NCBI RefSeq assembly: GCF_006345805.1
Contig: NC_043012.1
Span: 31,806,001-31,870,000, forward strand
DNA from: Octopus sinensis
Taxonomy: Eukaryota
Direction: 5' to 3'
DNA: 64,000 bases
In this document: positions 58,486-64,000 of the stretch, piece after piece
Numbering within the stretch: position 1 is the first letter of the stretch
Layout: each line of letters begins with the position of its first letter
Made by a program: the position numbers and the translations under genes
The notes under the pieces: generated by a model
Told to the model about the DNA's origin: nothing
What the model saw: only the letters and a program-made list of their open reading frames with translations
Database searches by the model: none

Positions 58486-59199
58486 GGGGAAATACTCATC
58501 AAATATTCCTGTTGTAATAGAAGGAGGGGATTGCGTAATTTTCTCTTTCGTCTATATCTGCAGCATTATCTGCCATTATTCTGATGGGATGCCTCATACA
58601 CCTGCATAGAATTGGTGCTTGTGTTTCCTTACACCAGCCTGATGTTTCCAAAGCGAGTGAATAAGTGTAGAATATAATAACCAAGTCGTGGAGCAGATAA
58701 ATTGGGGAGCCTTAAATTGTTAAATTGTTAAAACAACAAAACAGCATAGCGTCCCAAGTCGAGTGGGAGAATGGCTCTTGGAACAGCAATTATAGCTTCC
58801 CTGAACTACCTTCTAAAGTTTACAGCAAAGATGAAAAGGAATGTAAGGGTAAACGTACCTCTAATACCACCACCACTCTTCAAGTAACAACAAAAACTAG
58901 CAACAAGAACTGTAGTCAAAAACTAGACAAAAAAATCGATGAAACAAACACAACTTCTACTACAACCACCACCACCAACAACAACAACAACAACAACAAC
59001 TTCTCCTCTATTAACACAAACATTAATGCAATAAAAACAGCAACCAGTTAAATTTGCAAACTAAATGGCAACGGTTTCAAGTAAGCTTACCTCAAATTAG
59101 TGTTTACAAAATTACGAAAATGCATCCTACAAAAAAAAAAACCTATTGGTCCTGTGCCAAAATTTGAAATCATAATTTTATTATCATTATTATTATTAT

Positions 59200-60770
59200 T
59201 GTTTTACTTCTCAGAGCGCTCGGTTTTGTTTGCTCTGAGTGGTTTTATTGAGAGCGGACAACAGCCTCTTCTCTGAGGTCTCTCATAGTCTGTTTCTACA
59301 CATTTTAAGCTTTGATAATAGTTTGTTAATTATCGTGGAAAACAGCAGAGCATTTTTTTTTTTTTTTTTTTTTGCCTTCCTTATGTCAATTACAATTTTT
59401 CTGACACATGTCTCAAACTTCGTTCTTAGTGCTCCGAGTGCCCCTGCAACTACTGAGATGATAGACACTCTCCTCATAGCCAATATTTTTGCAATTTCTT
59501 CTTTTAGTAGTCTGTAATTTTCCATCTTTTGTAGTTCATTGTCATTTATGCATGCATCCCAAAGTATTGCAATATTCATAATCTGGGGTTTCCTTTTGTC
59601 CTTTATTTACAACATCGATTAGGCAGTCACACTGAATCGTAGAATTCTACAGTATGTAATACTCATTGTTATTGGTGACCCCTGGTTTTTGTTTGTACCA
59701 TTTCCGTGATCTGTCCAGACCGTACTTTTCACATAGTCTTCTGTGCACAAACACAGCCATGTTGTCGTGCCTCTTTTTGTAGTACCTTGGACCAGCTTGC
59801 AACACTCACTTAAAATATGGGAGATTGTTTCGTTTTTGCTGCCACGCAGCCTAAAAAGGAGCGATTCGTTGCAATTATCTATTTGGAACTTGGTTTAATT
59901 AGTTCTCAGAGCTTGTTACTGGGCGCTGCATATCAATGATTCAGTGCATCCTTTCAGATCACCTTTTCTTAGCCATCTCCCAGTTCTGGGCTTGCTTTTT
60001 TTTCTTGAATTTCTCTGAGGTATTGCCCCTGCAGTGATTTCATATTCCAATTGTTTCCTCTTTCTTCTTCATGTTGTTTCTTAAATGTTTATGGATGTAT
60101 TACATTTTCGCTAGGTATTTTATTGTTAAATCTAAGAGCCGTAAGCAAGGATTCTCCCTGCTGTGTGATGTACCATCACTGACTGTTATTCTCGTTGACA
60201 ACACAGATCTTGCATCCTATGAGGCCTCTTCTCCTCTTGTTCCTTGGCATATACAGCCTGTAAAGATTGCTTTTAGTGCGTCGTTCCTTGTTAATTGTTT
60301 TCTGGTTTTCCAATCCATTTCCTCAAGCTGGTTCTTTGTTCATCTAACAACACTGGTGCTATATCGCATTTGGGAAACATCCCATGTGTTCCTTTGCCCT
60401 GATTTTGTTTTTCCCATCGAGCCGACTTCTGATAATTAATTTGATTCTTCTGAGATATTCTTGTCTAAAGCTTTCTTTCGTTTCACATTCCTTGATTTTG
60501 TCATATTCCAAAATACCTAGATACTTATATCCACCACTCACAATATCCTTGATTTTCTCATCATTGGGTAGTTCTACACCATCAGACGACACTATTTCGC
60601 CTTTTCGTATTATAAACAGAGAACACTTTTTAGTTCCAAATTCCGTCCCGATATCCTTACTGAGTATCTGCACTGTTGAATTTAAGCTATTGATTTCACA
60701 TTCAGTCTTCCCAAAGATCTTTAAGTCATCCATATATAACAGATGATTTAATTTTACTCCACTTTTCGAA
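59200..60770 (-). mobile_element. Older R4/Dong-like RLE LINE (RT to 3' end), decayed
   Basis: HLLYMDDLKIF, YKYLGI, YLRRIKLI, RHDN, VVAGALG; (TAA)n at the 3' end. Confidence 0.85.
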
Positions 60771-60869
60771 GTATCTCTTTATGTTACAGTATAATTGAAA
60801 GCTTGGGGAGGGAACGAGGCAGGAGCAGTAGCGAGATATATTCATTTAACACAATGCAGGCATTTAAAT

Positions 60870-61330
60870 TGATAGGGGAATTCTAAGAATGTGGGCAGTG
60901 CTTGTCACCACAACCTTTTGGATTTCTATGAGACATGATTTTTAAGGGATATTATCTAGAAGTTTCTGACATCCCTTTCTTGTTATATTAAGGGCACCAA
61001 AAATAACAGAAAGAGTTCTCGCTTTAAGATGCTGCATCTTCTGTATTTCAGTTTCCATTTCCTTATATTTACTTAATTTGTCAAATTCCTTCACAGTTAT
61101 ATATTTTTACAAGTGGGAATACTTACATCTATAAGTCTACAAGTATTTTCTTCCCTGTCTTTACTCACTATGTCTGGCCGATTAGCCTGGATCGTTCGGT
61201 CGGTGTTGACAGGTAAATCCCAGAGGATAGTGACATTTTTACCTTCAGCGACTGGCTCAGGGTTGATGTTCATATCAGTAAGCATAAGTGTTGATTTTGT
61301 AGTGTTTACATATTTTCCAATATAAACACT
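60870..61330 (-). mobile_element. R4/Dong-like RLE domain fragment
   Basis: ILWDLPVNTDRTIQANRPDIV...LIDVSIP and terminal TAHILR. Confidence 0.82.
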
Positions 61331-61366
61331 GTCATTATTATTATTATTATTACTACTATTATTATT

Positions 61367-62673
61367 CAGTAGTTTTATTTTTATAGCGTGCTTTCACTTC
61401 ACTACCGAGCGCAGCTCTGTGTGCCTTGGGTATGTGCTGTGATGCTCTGATAGTTATTGTATGGAAAGTGTTCTGCGTAGGATGTGTGCAGTGCCTAGTA
61501 GTGCAATTTTCTGTATGTTATATGTGCTTGTAAGTCCTGGTGTTTTTGTTATGTATTTGTCTGAATATTTTTTTATCATGCCTAATGCACCTACTATGAT
61601 AGGAGTTGTTTCTGTTTTCAGATTCCACATTCTAGTTACCTCTATTTCCAGGTCTTTGTATTTTGAGAGTTTCTCCATTTCTTTTAGAGACACGTTGTCA
61701 TCTGCCGGTATTGATACATCAATTAGAAAGCATTTTTTTTCTTCATGATCTCTGACAACTATATCTGGTCTGTTGGCCTTAATTTCTCTATCTGTGTGTA
61801 TCGGCATATCCCAGAGTATGGTTGCTTTCTCGTTTTCTGTGACCTTTTCTGGTGTGTGCCTATACCATCTTTTTTCTGTTGTTATTCCATAATGTTGGCA
61901 TAGCTTCCAATGTATGTAGGTTCCAACTCTGTCATGTCTGTGAATATATTCCTTCTTAGCCAGGACTGGGCAGCTAGAGATAATATGATTTATTGTTTCT
62001 TGTCCATCTCCACATATTCTGCAGTTACTTGTAATATTTCTTTTCATTACATGTTTTTGGTAATTTCTGGTGGGGAGGCTTTGGTCTTGTACTGCAATTA
62101 AAAATCCCTCTGTTTCTGCTTTGAGTCCTGAGCTTCTCAACCATAGTTGGGATTTTTCTTTGTCTATTTCTTTTGCGTTTAGTTTAGTCCAGTACTTACC
62201 ATGAAGGGGCTTTTCTTGCCATCGTTTTATCATGGTTCGTTGCTGTTCTATTTTTAGTTTGGATTTCATTTGTTTTTGTTTCTTCATCTTCTTCTTCTTG
62301 TTCTTCATATTTATTAGGTGGTATGATTTCTTGTTTGTATTTGTCAGCTTCCTTAAATACTGAGAACAGTTTTTTGTTTTGCTCGTGTTTTGCCGCTATT
62401 TGTATAATTTTTCCTTCCTTCTGAAGTAGATATTTTTTCAGTCCTATGGTGGTTATTTTATAGTAGTTTTCCAGCTGTATAAGGCCTCTACCACCTTCTA
62501 TACGTTGTATATATAGTCTTTCTATGTCAGATTTTGGGTGATGCATCCTAGATCCTGTCATTATTTTTCTTGCTTTCCTATCTATTTTGGTCAGTTCATT
62601 TCGTGTCCAGTTAAGGATATTGTAGCTGTAACTTATAACTGGGACAGCTAAAGTGTTAATACCTATTATCTTG
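61367..62673 (-). mobile_element. Young 5'-truncated R4/Dong-like LINE (thumb, CCHC knuckle, restriction-like endonuclease)
   Basis: NKIIGINTLAVPV, GGRGL, CRIC-x8-H-x4-C, RHD, RPDIV..LIDV, EKLSKYKDL; one frameshift near 62275-62300; (TAA)n on both flanks. Confidence 0.93.
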
Positions 62674-62685
62674 TTATTATTATTA

Positions 62686-62751
<66 letters not shown>

Positions 62752-62762
62752 CATTATTATTT
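62674..62762. repeat. (TAT)n / (TAA)n microsatellite
   Basis: Directly visible. Confidence 0.95.
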
Positions 62763-63095
62763 TATGCTTGAATATTGCTTCACATTTGTACAAGTTGGCT
62801 CCAAGTCTCACCCGAGACCTCAAGAGAAAACAAGTTCGAAGTTCATGCTGGTGTTATGCCTAGCGTGCCATATATTTGGTTTTGTACATAGTGTTGTTCT
62901 AGAGAATGTTTAAGAAACCATAGGAAAATTATGTTTGTTTTAAAATTTGGGATTACATAGAAAGTATTTTGCGTAGGATGTGGGCAGTTCCCATGAGCAC
63001 TATCTTTTGAATTTCTGCCATTTGGGGGTTTCCTGGTATCTGAGCTAGGTAGCAATCAGCCTCTTTTGTTATCATTCCCAGGGCACCTATGACAT
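62763..63095 (-). mobile_element. 3' end of another R4/Dong-like LINE
   Basis: VIGALGMITKEADCYLAQIPGNPQMAEIQKIVLMGTAHILRKILSM*, then 3' UTR and (TAA)n tail. Confidence 0.85.
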
Positions 63096-63096
63096 A

Positions 63097-63275
63097 TTTC
63101 GGCATTTCCTCCGGTTTTACATTCTGAGTTCTAATATCGCATCTTTGACTACCGTTCTATTGCGATCGATGAAATAAGTACCTGTGGAATCACGGGATTG
63201 ATATAACCAGTCAGTTATGCAACTGATTAGCACCCTCCTCTTAAAAGTTTAGGCCTTGTGCATTTTGTAGAAAGA
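63097..63275 (+). mobile_element. Decayed family C-like SINE
   Basis: cggcatttc...ttctgagttctaat...aaataagtacc...ggccttgtgc. Confidence 0.55.
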
Positions 63276-64000
63276 AGATGAAATATTACTATTCTTCTTC
63301 CTGGTGGTGGTGGTGGTGGTGGCGGTACTGTTCTTCTTGTGACAGATGCTGCTATCTTTATATCAGACATACTTAATCAATCCTGAAAATCGTATTTATT
63401 TTAGTTTGTTAATATGGGGTACTTTCATGGCTTCACCATCGTCTAAATTCATTGTTGATTTATTGCAGTCAGGTTACAAATGACAACGACTTACGAAATA
63501 TCGACGGAAGCAATACACAATGCTCAAGGTCTCAGAAAGCAGGAAACAGACGAACAGGGAGAGAGATAAATAGGCATATCAGTAAAGAGATATCTCTATA
63601 GAAATATATAGAGTGATATAAAGAGGTATAGTTAAGAAATATATATGATGTGCATTAAATTATCTTTTGCTAATATACATGCTTTGCTTGGTTTTCATCA
63701 AGCTTTTGCTATTTGGTAAGCTGGTTTGTCATTGTTTAATTTCATTGCAAAGCAGAGGAATATGTTGCTATTCTTTGTTTTCCTCATTAGTGAAATAAAT
63801 AAGTTGAAATAGAGTACTTCATAAAAATCATCATATAATTCGTTTTGGGATTTGGTTTGCAAGATTCTTTATATGAGTTCGTGTGTTGAAGCATGTTCTG
63901 TTGTGTCTGGGGAGAGTCATTTTCTTTTTGTGCCTTATTATTTAACACACTCACCGGTAAAATTTCCACTTATTTCTTATTTTTATTTTCCTAAAATTTC

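Noticed and set aside
58725-59051. Thr/Asn-rich ORF
   Set aside because: Driven by (ACC)n/(AAC)n repeats; no domain or splice evidence

Overview
AT-rich, microsatellite-dense animal DNA; the repeat style suggests a cephalopod such as Octopus, which is an inference only. One convincing host gene is present: a rhodopsin-class neuropeptide GPCR of the FMRFamide/sex-peptide-receptor-like group, with all 7 TMs in one exon (12687-13886) and a candidate upstream start micro-exon at 8794-8802. The rest is transposon debris: three SINE families, two CR1/L2-group LINE 3' fragments, two mariner relics, two MITEs, a stack of R4/Dong-like RLE LINEs in (TAA)n tracts, and Penelope-like element (PLE) remnants including a decayed GIY-YIG domain. 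The most unusual signal is a set of non-coding, palindromic elements in or beside (TA)n tracts that carry minimal type I hammerhead ribozyme (HHR) motifs with palindromic helix III. The best case is a ~1.35 kb foldback at 42281-43635 with an intact HHR core in each arm. Several inversion breakpoints lie close to predicted HHR cleavage sites, and more small inverted duplications are centred on TA tracts. Nearly all ORFs in the supplied track are microsatellite artefacts. All alignments and folds were done by eye.
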